From: an uncultured Chloroflexia bacterium
GTDB taxonomy: Bacteria; Chloroflexota; Limnocylindria; Limnocylindrales; CSP1-4
Assembly: GCA_963838285.1 (NCBI GenBank)
Contig: CAWIQP010000008.1
Span: 88,686-152,685 of the forward strand
Direction of reading: 5' to 3'
Length of the DNA: 64,000 bases
Shown: one piece after another, positions 1 to 9,509 of the stretch
Numbering within the stretch: the stretch's first letter is position 1
How the letters are laid out: every line of letters begins with the position of its first letter
Notes under the pieces: model-generated
Seen by the model: only the letters and a program-made list of their open reading frames with translations
What the model was told of the DNA's origin: nothing
Databases searched by the model: none
Position numbers and translations under genes: made by a program

Positions 1-154
1 GCTGGTCGCCGATGGCCCCGGCCACTCGCGCCGCCACGAGGCGGTGCTGCAGCTGCCAGGCATCGCGATACAGGGTCCGGCCGAGCCACCAGGCGGCGAT
101 CGGCGCAGCCGCAGGAGAGGATCGGAGCGGTGAGTCGTGCATCGGAGCGTCCAT
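1..154 (-). CDS. lipB: lipoyl(octanoyl) transferase LipB, N-terminal fragment running off the window edge
   Basis: Minus-strand translation from the ATG at 152-154 gives MDAPMHDSPLRSSPAAAPIAAWWLGRTLYRDAWQLQHRLVAARVAGAIGDQ... The G-R-x-x-Y-x-x-AW-x-LQ-x-x-L-x-AR pattern is the usual LipB N-terminus. Only about 51 codons lie inside the window. Confidence 0.4.
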   Translation of the reverse strand, partial: MDAPMHDSPLRSSPAAAPIAAWWLGRTLYRDAWQLQHRLVAARVAGAIGDQ

Positions 155-218
155 CGCCGCCACGATAGCAAACGCGAACAGCCCCGCCTGCCGCGCGCGG
201 CCCCGGTTCCGCCCCCGC

Positions 219-2882
219 TCAATCCGCCGGAGCGTCCAGGACTTCGCGAACCTTGCGCGCCAGCCGCTCGGGAGTGAAGGGCTTCGGCAGGAACGCCGCG
301 CCGACATTCACGAGTCCGCCGGGCAGCACCGTCTCTTCCGCGTGCCCCGACACGAGCAACCTTCGCACCCCTGGCGCCACCGTCGCGAGCCGCTTGACGA
401 GCTCCGTGCCGCTCATGCCGGGCATGATCACGTCGCTTACCACGATGTCGATCTCGGATGCGACACGCCCGGCGATCTCGAGCGCTTCGACTCCGCCGGA
501 CGCCTCGATCACCGTATAGCCGTGCGCGCGCAGGCCCAGGACCGCCAGCCGCTTCACGACCGGGTCGTCCTCGACGACGAGGACCGTCTCGGTGCCTGTT
601 GGAGCGGGAGCGGCCGACGCGGCGGCCGGTCGCACGGCGGCCGGGCCCTCGACGCTGGGCAGCAGGATGCGGACCGTGGTCCCGCCCCCGAGCTCCGAGA
701 AAACGCGGATCTGGCCGCCGATCTTGCGCACAATGCCGAGGCACGTCGCCAACCCGAGCCCGGTTCCCTTGCCTCGTTCCTTTGTGGTGAAAAAGGGCTC
801 GAACAGGTGCGACTGGACCTCGTCGCTCATCCCGCAGCCCGTGTCGGTAACGGACAGTCTGGCGTGGGGGCCGGGCGTCGTCCCCGGGTGCGCGGCGGCA
901 TAGGCCGCCGTCACATCCTCCGTGGCCGTTTCGATGATCAGCCGGCCGCCATCCGGCATGGCGTCTCGGGCGTTGACGGTGAGGTTCAGGAGAAGCTGCT
1001 GGATCTGCCCCGGGTCCGCCTCGATCGTACCGATATCGGACTCGAGAACCGTCTCGACGGCGACGTCCTCGCCGAGCAGCGGCCGCAGCATCTTGAGCGA
1101 GTCGGCCACCAGGGCGCTCAGGTCCAGACGGATGGGGGCCACGATCTGCTTGCTGGCAAACGTGAGCAACTGGCGGGTGAGAGTCGCGGCGCGCTCGCCG
1201 GCGGCATGGATCTCGTCAAGGTCGGCTCGAATCGCGTGATCGGCCGGCAGCTCCTCCGCAAGATCGAGCCTGGCCATCTCGACGTAGCCGAGAATCGCCG
1301 TCAGCAGATTGTTGAAGTCGTGCGCGACGCCGCCCGCGAGGTTGCCGATCGCCTCCATCTTCTGCGACTGCAGGAGTTGCTCCTGGAGCGCGTGGCGCTC
1401 GGTGATGTCCTGGATCAGGCCGTCATACGCGACTAGAGAGCCCGACGGATCGAGGCGCGGCACCGCCGTGTTGCGGACCCAGCGGAGCGCGCCGTCCTTT
1501 CGGATGATGCGGTGCTCGATCGGTCCGGGGCGCTCACCGGCGAGGACGCGCCGCGACTGCTCCACGACGATCGCCCGATCGTCGGGCACGACCATCTCGA
1601 GCCAGAGTAGAGGGCTGCTCGACAGGTCTTCCGAGCTGTACCCGGTCACCGCCACGCAGCCGAGACCGTGAGTCGTGGACACTGCCCGACCGTCCACCAC
1701 GACGACACTGAAGACGTAGTCCGTCACCGTCTCGATGATGTGGCGGTAGCGCTCCTCGCTTTCGCGGAGGGCTTGATCGGCCAGCTTTCGATCCGTGATG
1801 TCCTCGGAGATGCCGAGCAGGTAGGCGGGCTTGCCGGCCTCGTCCAGGATCGGGATCTTCTTCGTGTGAATGACTCGACGGCCGAGGAGACCCGAGGTGT
1901 GCACCTCCTCCGGAATGTCGACGGCCTTGCCACTCCGCAGGACCTCTCGGTCGACGGCGGCGAAGGCATCGGCCTCTTCCTTCGGGCTGATGTCGTGGTC
2001 GCGCTTGCCCACCATCTCTGCTCGCGAGCGACCGAGCATCTGCTCCCCGGCCCGGTTGAAGCGCACGAAGCGGAGGTCGCGAGCGTCCTTGACGAAGATC
2101 ATGTGGGGGATGTTTTCGAAGACGGTGTCGAGGAATTGTTCGCTCTCGCGCAGCGCCTCTGCGGCGCGCTTCTGGTCGGTGATGTCCTCGTAGGTCCCCA
2201 GCAGGCCCGTGACGCGGCCGTCGGCTCCTCGGAGCGGGAGCTTGCTCGTCCGCAGCCAGCCCTGGCGGCCGCTCGATCGGAGCTGTGGCTCCTCGAAGTC
2301 GAGCTTAGGGATGCCCGTCCGCATGACCTCCCGATCGTCCGCCCGATAGAGCTCGGCCGTCGGTCGCCACGGCATGTCGAGATCGGTCAGGCCGACCAGC
2401 TCGCTCGGGTGGTCGAAACCCGCATCCTGCGCGAACGGCAGGTTGCAGCCGACGAAGACGGAGTTCGTGTCCTTCCAGAAAACTCGCTGAGGAATTGAGT
2501 CCAGCACGAACTGGAACATCTCCTCTGAGCGAAGACCACTCTCGTCGGCCTGCCAGCGTTCGGTGACATCGCGGAACGCCACGGCGTACCCGTCGCCCAG
2601 CTTCGTGGCACGCAGGTCGAACGAGCGCCACCGTCCGTCGCTCGCCGCGTACGTGACCGCGTCGCGCGCCAGGGATTGACCGGTTTCTACGAGCCGCGCG
2701 TGAGCCTGGAACATGCCGTCGTCGCGCGCACCGGGGAATAGCTCGAGGATCGACCGGCCGACCAGCTCCTCTCGTGCCCGACCGAACATCCGGCAGCCCG
2801 CGTCGTTGATCCAGTCCACCCGGAAGTCGTCTATCGCCCCGTTCCGGCGGACCGCCCCGAGGATCGCAAAGCCGTCGAGCAT
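219..2882 (-). CDS. hybrid sensor histidine kinase: about four PAS domains, HisKA, HATPase_c and a C-terminal REC receiver
   Basis: ORF 219..3098 (-). PAS-like segments carry DIT(D/E)RK boundaries, then HisKA (AHDFNNLLTAILGY), HATPase (DTGCGM...GTGLGL) and REC (VLVVEDD...VSDVIMPGMSG...KPF). The first approximately 70 codons are low-complexity. The in-frame ATG at 2880-2882 (MLDGFAILGAV...) opens the first PAS domain, so I take 2882 as the start; the ORF extends to 3098. Confidence 0.85.
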   Translation of the reverse strand: MLDGFAILGAVRRNGAIDDFRVDWINDAGCRMFGRAREELVGRSILELFPGARDDGMFQAHARLVETGQSLARDAVTYAASDGRWRSFDLRATKLGDGYAVAFRDVTERWQADESGLRSEEMFQFVLDSIPQRVFWKDTNSVFVGCNLPFAQDAGFDHPSELVGLTDLDMPWRPTAELYRADDREVMRTGIPKLDFEEPQLRSSGRQGWLRTSKLPLRGADGRVTGLLGTYEDITDQKRAAEALRESEQFLDTVFENIPHMIFVKDARDLRFVRFNRAGEQMLGRSRAEMVGKRDHDISPKEEADAFAAVDREVLRSGKAVDIPEEVHTSGLLGRRVIHTKKIPILDEAGKPAYLLGISEDITDRKLADQALRESEERYRHIIETVTDYVFSVVVVDGRAVSTTHGLGCVAVTGYSSEDLSSSPLLWLEMVVPDDRAIVVEQSRRVLAGERPGPIEHRIIRKDGALRWVRNTAVPRLDPSGSLVAYDGLIQDITERHALQEQLLQSQKMEAIGNLAGGVAHDFNNLLTAILGYVEMARLDLAEELPADHAIRADLDEIHAAGERAATLTRQLLTFASKQIVAPIRLDLSALVADSLKMLRPLLGEDVAVETVLESDIGTIEADPGQIQQLLLNLTVNARDAMPDGGRLIIETATEDVTAAYAAAHPGTTPGPHARLSVTDTGCGMSDEVQSHLFEPFFTTKERGKGTGLGLATCLGIVRKIGGQIRVFSELGGGTTVRILLPSVEGPAAVRPAAASAAPAPTGTETVLVVEDDPVVKRLAVLGLRAHGYTVIEASGGVEALEIAGRVASEIDIVVSDVIMPGMSGTELVKRLATVAPGVRRLLVSGHAEETVLPGGLVNVGAAFLPKPFTPERLARKVREVLDAPAD

Positions 2883-3267
2883 GCCCGCGAGGGCGGCCCC
2901 CAACAGCCCGCCAGATTGGGCCCGCGGTTCCGTCTTTTCGGCCCCAACCCGCTCACCCTCGAGGCGGGTGCGCTTCGGCGCTCCTGCCGGTTCTTGCGAC
3001 CGGCTCGCCTCCTCGGCGGCCCCGCGTGGACGCCCGGCGTCGCTCGCGGACGCACCGTCGTGCGGGCCATGTTTCGAGCGCAATTGACGAGCCGCCACGA
3101 ATCACCCTCCGACGGGACATGCCGTCTCCGCTTCAGGCTTCGGCCATGCAGGGCCCGCGCTTCAGCCCCGACCCGGCCCAACCGTCCGCGTGGGCCAATT
3201 GTGCACTCCGCCGAGGATATTGCCGAGTGCCCCGCCGGTCAGTATGGGAAGACCGCCGGCAAAGCGA

Positions 3268-3296
3268 CGGGGCCCCGAGCTGCGGCTGGGGCCCCG
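3268..3296 (-). terminator. candidate stem-loop terminator downstream of LCP gene 1
   Basis: Perfect 9-bp inverted repeat cggggcccc / ggggccccg around an 11-nt loop, about 50 nt past the LCP stop. The following U-tract is weak, so function is uncertain. Confidence 0.25.
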
Positions 3297-3344
3297 TTCA
3301 GAGATTCCTGTTCCTGTTCTTGCCGAGTGGCCAGCCGGCCGCGG

Positions 3345-4730
3345 CTACGGACAGGTATTGGCGGGCGCCGGCTTGCCGTACCAGGTGCTGTCCTTGCCGA
3401 AGAGCTGGACCGAAAGCGCCGCGACCTTGGCGTTGATCAGGCAACTCGCCGCGTTCACCGTACTGGTGCCGGTGATGGTGTAGGGCGGCCCCAGCACGAT
3501 CTGGCTGATGTTCCCGCTCGGGATGTCCTGGCCCTTCGCCACGTAGTCCGCCACCTGGTTCGACGGGAAGTCCGTGGTGACGCTGGATCCGAGCGTCGAG
3601 ATCAAGCCCGGGAGTGCCAGCAGCTCGCTCGGTTGCGCCATCTTGTGGAGCAGAGCGACCATCACCTGCTGCTGGCGCGAGGCCCGCTTCCAGTCGCTGT
3701 TGTCGGCGCCGTGGCGAGACCTGACGTAGGCCAGGGCATGTTTGCCGTCGAGGTGCTGCGGTCCGGCGGCCAGGTAGAAACCGTAGGGCGCGCCGTTGAG
3801 CCAGTCGTACGACGGATCGTCGATTACGCTCGGATTGACGACGTCGATCCCGCCGACCTTGTCGATCATCGCCACGAACCCGTCGAGGTCCATGACGGCG
3901 TAGTAGTTGATCGGGATTCCGACCAGGTAGCTGACTTCGTCGACCAGGGTCATGTACGGGCTGTTGGGCGACTTGATCCAGCCGTTGCGGACGTAGGTCG
4001 GCAGCGAGTTGATCTTCACCGAAGCCGAGTCCACGCCACCGAAGTAGAACGGGAAGCTGGCGCTGTCGCGCGGCACGCTGACCATCTGGACGGAGTTCGT
4101 CGACGGGTCGTAGCTGACCACCATGATCGAGTCGTAGAGGTGCTCGCTGCGAGACGGCGCGGCATCCACGCCGGTGAACAGGATGGTGACCCGGCCGCCT
4201 TCGGACGGCGCGGGAAGAGTTTCCTGGGGCGACACGGTCTGCCCGGGAGCCAGGCTCGCCGGGTCGATCAGGTCGGATCCGCTTACGTTGAACGCCTGCG
4301 AACCGGCCCCGGAAGTGACCGCCAGGAGGTAGCCCGCTCCACCGTGGCTGACCAGGATCACGACGACCAGCAAGGCGACGACGAGCCTGTCGAAGAGTCC
4401 GCTCTTCCTGCGACGGTCGCCGGACGCGGACGCGTGCACCACCGACGCGAGCCGCCAGATGCCGAACAGGAGCACGACCGCGACCGCCGCCAGGCTGAAG
4501 GACGGATCGGCGAAGCGCGCCGCGAACACCACGACGCCCTGACGAAGCTCGTAGCCCAGCAGCACGAGCACGAGCAGCGCGGGCACGAAGAAGAGCAGGG
4601 CGGCGCGGCGCTTGCCTGCGTACATCTGTCCGAGGCCGGGCCACAGGAACGAGAGCAGGGCCGCGAGAGAAGGCGACGGCCCTTGAGCCCTGGCGCTCGG
4701 CGTGTTCTTTTCCAAGATGATCCACTCCAT
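3345..4730 (-). CDS. LCP family (LytR-CpsA-Psr) cell-envelope phosphotransferase, paralog 1
   Basis: ORF 3345..4865. ATG at 4728-4730 (MEWIILEKN...), then an N-terminal TM helix (LAALLSFLWPGLGQMY...) and an LCP domain (VMVVSYDP...VSVPRDS...INSLP...VRSRH). It is paralogous to the genes at 19915 and 33442. Confidence 0.85.
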   Translation of the reverse strand: MEWIILEKNTPSARAQGPSPSLAALLSFLWPGLGQMYAGKRRAALLFFVPALLVLVLLGYELRQGVVVFAARFADPSFSLAAVAVVLLFGIWRLASVVHASASGDRRRKSGLFDRLVVALLVVVILVSHGGAGYLLAVTSGAGSQAFNVSGSDLIDPASLAPGQTVSPQETLPAPSEGGRVTILFTGVDAAPSRSEHLYDSIMVVSYDPSTNSVQMVSVPRDSASFPFYFGGVDSASVKINSLPTYVRNGWIKSPNSPYMTLVDEVSYLVGIPINYYAVMDLDGFVAMIDKVGGIDVVNPSVIDDPSYDWLNGAPYGFYLAAGPQHLDGKHALAYVRSRHGADNSDWKRASRQQQVMVALLHKMAQPSELLALPGLISTLGSSVTTDFPSNQVADYVAKGQDIPSGNISQIVLGPPYTITGTSTVNAASCLINAKVAALSVQLFGKDSTWYGKPAPANTCP

Positions 4731-5005
4731 CGGTGCGGGGGAAACGCGTCTGTGACGACCCCGCCGGGCCGGGCGTGATGGTCCTCTGCGGCCGCGCCGA
4801 CCGACCCCACCATATGCCCGATCCGATTTGGCCGCCCTGGGCCGGACCTGGAGCGCGCCGGGCACAGGACCGCAACCGCCCCGTCGGGCTCGAGAATCGG
4901 CCGCGAATCGCCACCCGCCGCCCCGGCAACGGAGATGCCAGAACTACGGCCGGGCGGGCCCAACTCGCTTCCGGCCCGGCCCAGCCCACGCCCGGGTGGC
5001 GCGGT

Positions 5006-5266
5006 CTACATCAGGCGGGCCACCCAGTCGCCGACCGTCGGCGGATGGATGTGGAACGCAGCCTCCTCGGCCATCTCCTCGGCCGACCGCTCGTCGGGCG
5101 CCGTGCCGCCTTCGATCTCGTTGCCCAGGCGGCTCATCACGGCCCAGTGCCACACCTGCCCGCCGAAGCGCTCGACGATCAGCTCGTGGCCGCCGACATG
5201 CGCTCCCAGCAGGTCCCGAACCGGATACCTCGGGTCCGGGGAAATGGAGTGCCAGTAGCCGATCAT
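5006..5266 (-). CDS. hypothetical small protein (86 aa)
   Basis: Balanced, non-shadow composition (MIGYWHSISPDPRYPVRDLLGAHVGGHELIVERFGGQVWHW...). It sits in the divergent region between LCP1 and the helicase gene, with GAGGAG immediately upstream. I recognise no family. Confidence 0.35.
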   Translation of the reverse strand: MIGYWHSISPDPRYPVRDLLGAHVGGHELIVERFGGQVWHWAVMSRLGNEIEGGTAPDERSAEEMAEEAAFHIHPPTVGDWVARLM

Positions 5267-5477
5267 CGGCTCATCTCCTCGCCGCTTGCGCGGCCCGATC
5301 TCACGACTCCAATATCCTCGCGGCGGACCGCCCGGACAAGAGCCGGGTTTCCCGAAAGTGCCCCGGCCACCGAGCTCCGGGCCGGCACGGTCTGCCGCCC
5401 ATAGGGAGGCCGACCGCCGGCGACACGCTAGGTGTCACTGAAGCGTGTGATGATTGTCCGCGATGGTAGGAGTGCGA

Positions 5478-8400
5478 GTGGCTGAGTCCGGCCGCGATTG
5501 GCTCACAGCCGAACAGCGCGCCGCGGTCGAGTGGGGCGATGGACCGCTCATGGTCCTCGCCGGCGCCGGCACGGGCAAGACGACGGTGGTCGTCGAGCGC
5601 GTCCGCTACCTGCTCGAGCAAGACCCGGGCCTCGCCCCCGAGAACGTCCTCGTGCTGACGTACAACGTCCGCGCTGCGGCCGAGTTGGGCCAGCGCCTGG
5701 AGCGCGCCCTCGGCGTCGAGCGGGCCGCGCGCCTGTGGGTCCACAACTTCCACAGTTTCGGCAACCGACTCCTGGCGGCGCACAGCGCGGAGCTCGGCCT
5801 CAGCGACGGCGCACACGTCCTCGACCCGATCGGCCAGCAGCTGCTCCTGTTCGAGCTGCGGCCCCAGATGGGCGGCTTCCTCTACCACGATCTTTCGCTC
5901 AACCCGGGTCCCGTCCTGCGGGGCTTCGTGTCGATGATCGGCCGGGCCAAGGACGAACTCGTCACCCCCGCCGAGTACGCCGCGTTCGCCGAGACGAGAA
6001 GGGTTGCGTTCGAGGCGCAGTTCGGCAGCTGGCAATCGGCGGCGGAGGAGATCGCTCGCCGCCGCGCCGAAAACGACCTCGCGCCGATCCGCGAGGTCCG
6101 ATCCGAGTTGCGGCGGTCGGCCGAAGCCGCCGAGAAGAGAGCGGATCGCGAGGCGAGACGAGGAGCCTCCGGCACCGGTAAGGCCGTCGGCTGGACCCAC
6201 CTGACCCCCGAGCGGCAGGAGGTGGCCTCCGCGCTCAAGGAGACCTACCTGCGCGACGCCGCCGCGTTCGACGTCCTGCGCCTCATCGAGGAGGCGCAGG
6301 TCTACGGCCTCTACCAGCGGACGCTCCACGAACGCGGCCTGGTGGACTTCGGCGAGCAGCAACTCCGTGCCATCGAGCTACTGCGCGACCGGCCGAATCT
6401 GCTTCTTCGCTACCAGCGCCAGTTCCGCCACGTCCTCGTCGACGAGTTCCAGGACGCGAACATGGCCCAGATCCTGCTTCTCGAGCTCGTGGGGCGCGGG
6501 CCCGACAAACCCGACAACGTCGTGGTGGTCGGCGACGACGACCAGTCGATCTACCGTTTCCGCGGCGCCAGCTACGCGGCCTTCCGGCAGTTCGAGGATC
6601 GCTTCTCCGAGCCCCCGGTCTGGGCGCCCGAGCGCGGGCGCGGGGAGGTCCGCCGCCTCCCGCTCCTGGAGAATCGTCGATCGAGCGCGAACATCCTGGC
6701 GGCGGCAAACGCCCTGATACGGCACAACGAATTCCGCCTCAAGGACGGCCTACCGCTCCGGCCGACCCGGGACGCGGGCGCGCCGGTCGAGCTCGTGTAC
6801 GCAAGGGACGAGGAGGACGAGGCGGACGTCGTCGTCGAGCGCCTGCGCTCCGCCTTCGAGGCCCTGCCGCCCCGCCTTCCGAACCACGACGGCACCGGCA
6901 GGCCGAAGCGCTGGAGCGACCTGGCCGTCCTATATCGGCGCCACCGGCATCGCGAGGCGATCGCCGAGCGACTGCGGCGAGCCGATATCCCGTACACGGT
7001 AGTCGGCGGCATGGGGCTGTTCGGGCAGCCCGAGATTCGCGACCTGGAGGCGGCGCTACGCGTCTGCGCCAACCCCGACGACTCGGTGGCCTTCACGCGG
7101 CTGCTGACGGCGGGACCGTGGCGGCTGGACGCGGCGGAGATCCTGCGGCTCACGCGCGACGCCGCCTGGGACGGCCGGCCGGTTTTCCAGGCCGCGGCAG
7201 CTTTCCGGAGAGCGGGCAAGCCGGCCGCGGACGCGAACGACCCGGGCGCGCTCGGCACACCCGCCGAACGAGTCCAGTCCGAGCCTTCCCGCGGCGAGCT
7301 GGCGCAGGCGGCCCTTCGCGCCAAGCTCAACCTTCTGTTCGCCTGCGTCGAGGATCTTGTCCCGCGCGGTCCCCGCGACGGTCCCTCGGCCATCCTGCTG
7401 GAGTACCTCGTCCGGACGAAGCTCCTCGCGGACCTTCTCGCCGTCGAGACGCCCGAGGCGCAGCGGACACTCCTGGCGGTGGCCCGGCTGATGCGCTTCA
7501 CGGCCGACTGGCAGCGCGAGCATCCTGAACGGAGCCTGCTCGACTTCGTGGCCTATCTCGACCTGTTCGAGGAAGCCGGAGGCGATCTCGATGCCGACCG
7601 CGCAACCGGCGTCGAGACCGACGGCGTGCAGCTCATGACGATCTATCAGGCAAAGGGTCTCGAGTACGAGGTCGTCGTGGTGCCGCGCCTGGTGGAGGGG
7701 CAGTTCCCCGACACTCGCGACGAGGACATCCTCATCCCTATCGAGCTCCTGCGCCAGCGCCCGCCCGAGGAATTCGCGATCGCCGAGGAGCGCCGCCTTT
7801 GCTTCGTGGCGATGACCAGGGCGCGCAGCCGGCTCCTGCTCACCGCCATAAATTCGCAGGCAGCGAAGGCGCGTCCCAGCCGGTTCGCCGGCGAGGTCGC
7901 CGAAGAAGGCGGCGTGGTCGTCGAGCGGCGCGAGGACTCGTCCGGGGCGGCGCTCGACGTCGCAGGAGAGGAAGGACGGTCCGCGACGGAAGTCGCCGTC
8001 GCCACGACCGCCTCGATCGAGCGCCTCATGCCCGTGCCCGAGGACTTCGAGCGGCGCTATGCCCTGCGGCGCCGGGCGGTCGAGTTGATAGGCGAACTCG
8101 AGGCGGCGGGCGGCGCCGATCCCGAGGCTGCCGCCGCCCTCACGGATGAGCTGCTGACGGTCGCCCGCGACGCCGCCGGACTCGCCGGCGAGGAACGTCG
8201 CGCCGGCCTCGACCCGGTCACGCTGCGCGTCGCGAGCCGCCACTCACCCGCCGGCTCGGCTTTGCTGGAGGTCGCCTCGCTGCCGCCGGCCTTCAGCCAC
8301 TCGCAGTTCCGCGCCTACAGCGAGTGCCCGCTCGCCTACGCCTTCGGTAACGTCTACCGCATCCCGACGCAAGAGCGGAAGGGCTTCTTCGAGTTCGGCA

Positions 8401-9074
8401 CCGCGATCCACGAGGCTTTCGAGACGTTCACGGTCGCCCGCCGCGAGGCTCGGGCTGCCGGCCTGGCCGACCCCGGCTTCGACGCCCTGGACGCCGGCTT
8501 CGCGAAGGCCTTCGAGCCTACGGCCTTCCCGGACGCGCAGGCGGCCGATCACTACCTCAGCCGATCCGGGCCCACCCTCCGGCGGTTCTACGAGCGCGAG
8601 CTCGCCTCGGCAAGCGAAGCGCTGCTCTTCGAGGCCCGCTTCCTTCTCGAGATCGAGACGCGAGACGGCAGCGAGCCGATCCGCGTGGTCGGCTACATCG
8701 ACCGCATCGATCGGCTGCCGGACGGATCGCTGGAGGTCACCGACTACAAGACCGGCAGGTCGAAGAGCCAGCGCGACGTGGACGAGGACGAGCAGCTGTC
8801 GATGTACGCGCTCGCCCTCCGCGAGGGCTGCATCGCCGATCCGGACACCGGCGAGCCGCTGCCGGCGCCGTCGCGCCTGACCCTCTACTTCGCCGAGTCG
8901 GACCTGGCGCTGTCGACGACCCGCACCGACGAGCAGCTCGACGCATTCCGCGCCCACGTCGTCGAGGTCGCCGGCCGTATACGCTCGGGCGACTTCGCCG
9001 CGACACCCGAATACCGCCGCTGCTCCTGGTGCGACTGGCGCCGCCTCTGCCCGAGTCGCTGGGGAGAGGCGTAG
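5478..9074 (+). CDS. UvrD/Rep-type SF1 helicase fused to a C-terminal PD-(D/E)XK nuclease with a Cas4/AddB-like four-cysteine Fe-S module
   Basis: ORF 5454..9074 (ORF start is TTG). A GTG at 5478 has AGGAG 5 nt upstream. Helicase motifs: Walker A GAGTGKT, VDEFQD, GDDDQSIYRFRGA, TIYQAKGLEYEVVVV and YVAMTRARSRL. Nuclease motifs: GYIDRID...EVTDYKTG and QLSMYALAL, with cysteines at ECPLAY and CSWCDWRRLC. Confidence 0.9.
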   Translation: MAESGRDWLTAEQRAAVEWGDGPLMVLAGAGTGKTTVVVERVRYLLEQDPGLAPENVLVLTYNVRAAAELGQRLERALGVERAARLWVHNFHSFGNRLLAAHSAELGLSDGAHVLDPIGQQLLLFELRPQMGGFLYHDLSLNPGPVLRGFVSMIGRAKDELVTPAEYAAFAETRRVAFEAQFGSWQSAAEEIARRRAENDLAPIREVRSELRRSAEAAEKRADREARRGASGTGKAVGWTHLTPERQEVASALKETYLRDAAAFDVLRLIEEAQVYGLYQRTLHERGLVDFGEQQLRAIELLRDRPNLLLRYQRQFRHVLVDEFQDANMAQILLLELVGRGPDKPDNVVVVGDDDQSIYRFRGASYAAFRQFEDRFSEPPVWAPERGRGEVRRLPLLENRRSSANILAAANALIRHNEFRLKDGLPLRPTRDAGAPVELVYARDEEDEADVVVERLRSAFEALPPRLPNHDGTGRPKRWSDLAVLYRRHRHREAIAERLRRADIPYTVVGGMGLFGQPEIRDLEAALRVCANPDDSVAFTRLLTAGPWRLDAAEILRLTRDAAWDGRPVFQAAAAFRRAGKPAADANDPGALGTPAERVQSEPSRGELAQAALRAKLNLLFACVEDLVPRGPRDGPSAILLEYLVRTKLLADLLAVETPEAQRTLLAVARLMRFTADWQREHPERSLLDFVAYLDLFEEAGGDLDADRATGVETDGVQLMTIYQAKGLEYEVVVVPRLVEGQFPDTRDEDILIPIELLRQRPPEEFAIAEERRLCFVAMTRARSRLLLTAINSQAAKARPSRFAGEVAEEGGVVVERREDSSGAALDVAGEEGRSATEVAVATTASIERLMPVPEDFERRYALRRRAVELIGELEAAGGADPEAAAALTDELLTVARDAAGLAGEERRAGLDPVTLRVASRHSPAGSALLEVASLPPAFSHSQFRAYSECPLAYAFGNVYRIPTQERKGFFEFGTAIHEAFETFTVARREARAAGLADPGFDALDAGFAKAFEPTAFPDAQAADHYLSRSGPTLRRFYERELASASEALLFEARFLLEIETRDGSEPIRVVGYIDRIDRLPDGSLEVTDYKTGRSKSQRDVDEDEQLSMYALALREGCIADPDTGEPLPAPSRLTLYFAESDLALSTTRTDEQLDAFRAHVVEVAGRIRSGDFAATPEYRRCSWCDWRRLCPSRWGEA

Positions 9075-9136
9075 GCCGTGGCGGTCTGCCGCCCGAGTGG
9101 CGGCCGTCCCGGAGACCCCGCAGCGATCGTCCCCGC

Positions 9137-9490
9137 TCAGCAGGTCACGTGGATCACGGCCGCGGTTTCGTCGAGGTCCGCGGACGAGAGCAGTGCGCAC
9201 GCCTCGGCCGTGCGCAGCAGCACCACTTCGATCCCCCGGCGGCCGGCCTCCTCGAACACCTCCGGCGCGACCGGCAGCAGGCCGTCGACTCCCGTCCCGA
9301 CGACGAGCCGGCGGCAGTGCCAGGGCAGCGGCTCGGCCGTCGTCAGCGGCGTGTGGCCGTACCGGTCGCGCTCGGGCTTCGATGCCTTCTTGCGACGGCG
9401 AGACACCTGGCCGCGCTCGACCAGGAGGTCGCGGTCGTACGTCCGGCCGTCGATCTCGACGAGACCGAACTCGACCAGGCGGGCCTTCAC
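9137..9490 (-). CDS. Mth938-like domain protein (DUF498 family)
   Basis: 117 aa, MKARLVEFGLVEIDGRTYDRDLLV...GIEVVLLRTAEA...AAVIHVTC. Size and pattern fit the Mth938-like fold family. It converges on the helicase gene. Confidence 0.65.
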   Translation of the reverse strand: MKARLVEFGLVEIDGRTYDRDLLVERGQVSRRRKKASKPERDRYGHTPLTTAEPLPWHCRRLVVGTGVDGLLPVAPEVFEEAGRRGIEVVLLRTAEACALLSSADLDETAAVIHVTC

Positions 9491-9509
9491 GATGCCGTCC
9501 GCAGGCCTG

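Noticed and set aside
12-1436. 474-aa plus-strand ORF antisense to the hybrid kinase (and similar long shadow ORFs at 3298-4989, 9078-10691, 16551-18050, 16963-19023, 24657-26561, 30151-31500 and 36080-37741)
   Set aside because: They are Arg / Pro / Gly / Ala-dominated and carry no recognisable motifs. They lie entirely within or antisense to well-supported genes, which is the typical high-GC shadow-frame artefact.
5454-5477. ORF-track start (TTG at 5454) for the helicase
   Set aside because: A GTG at 5478 has a well-spaced AGGAG. The Walker A lies soon after it. The upstream TTG has no RBS.
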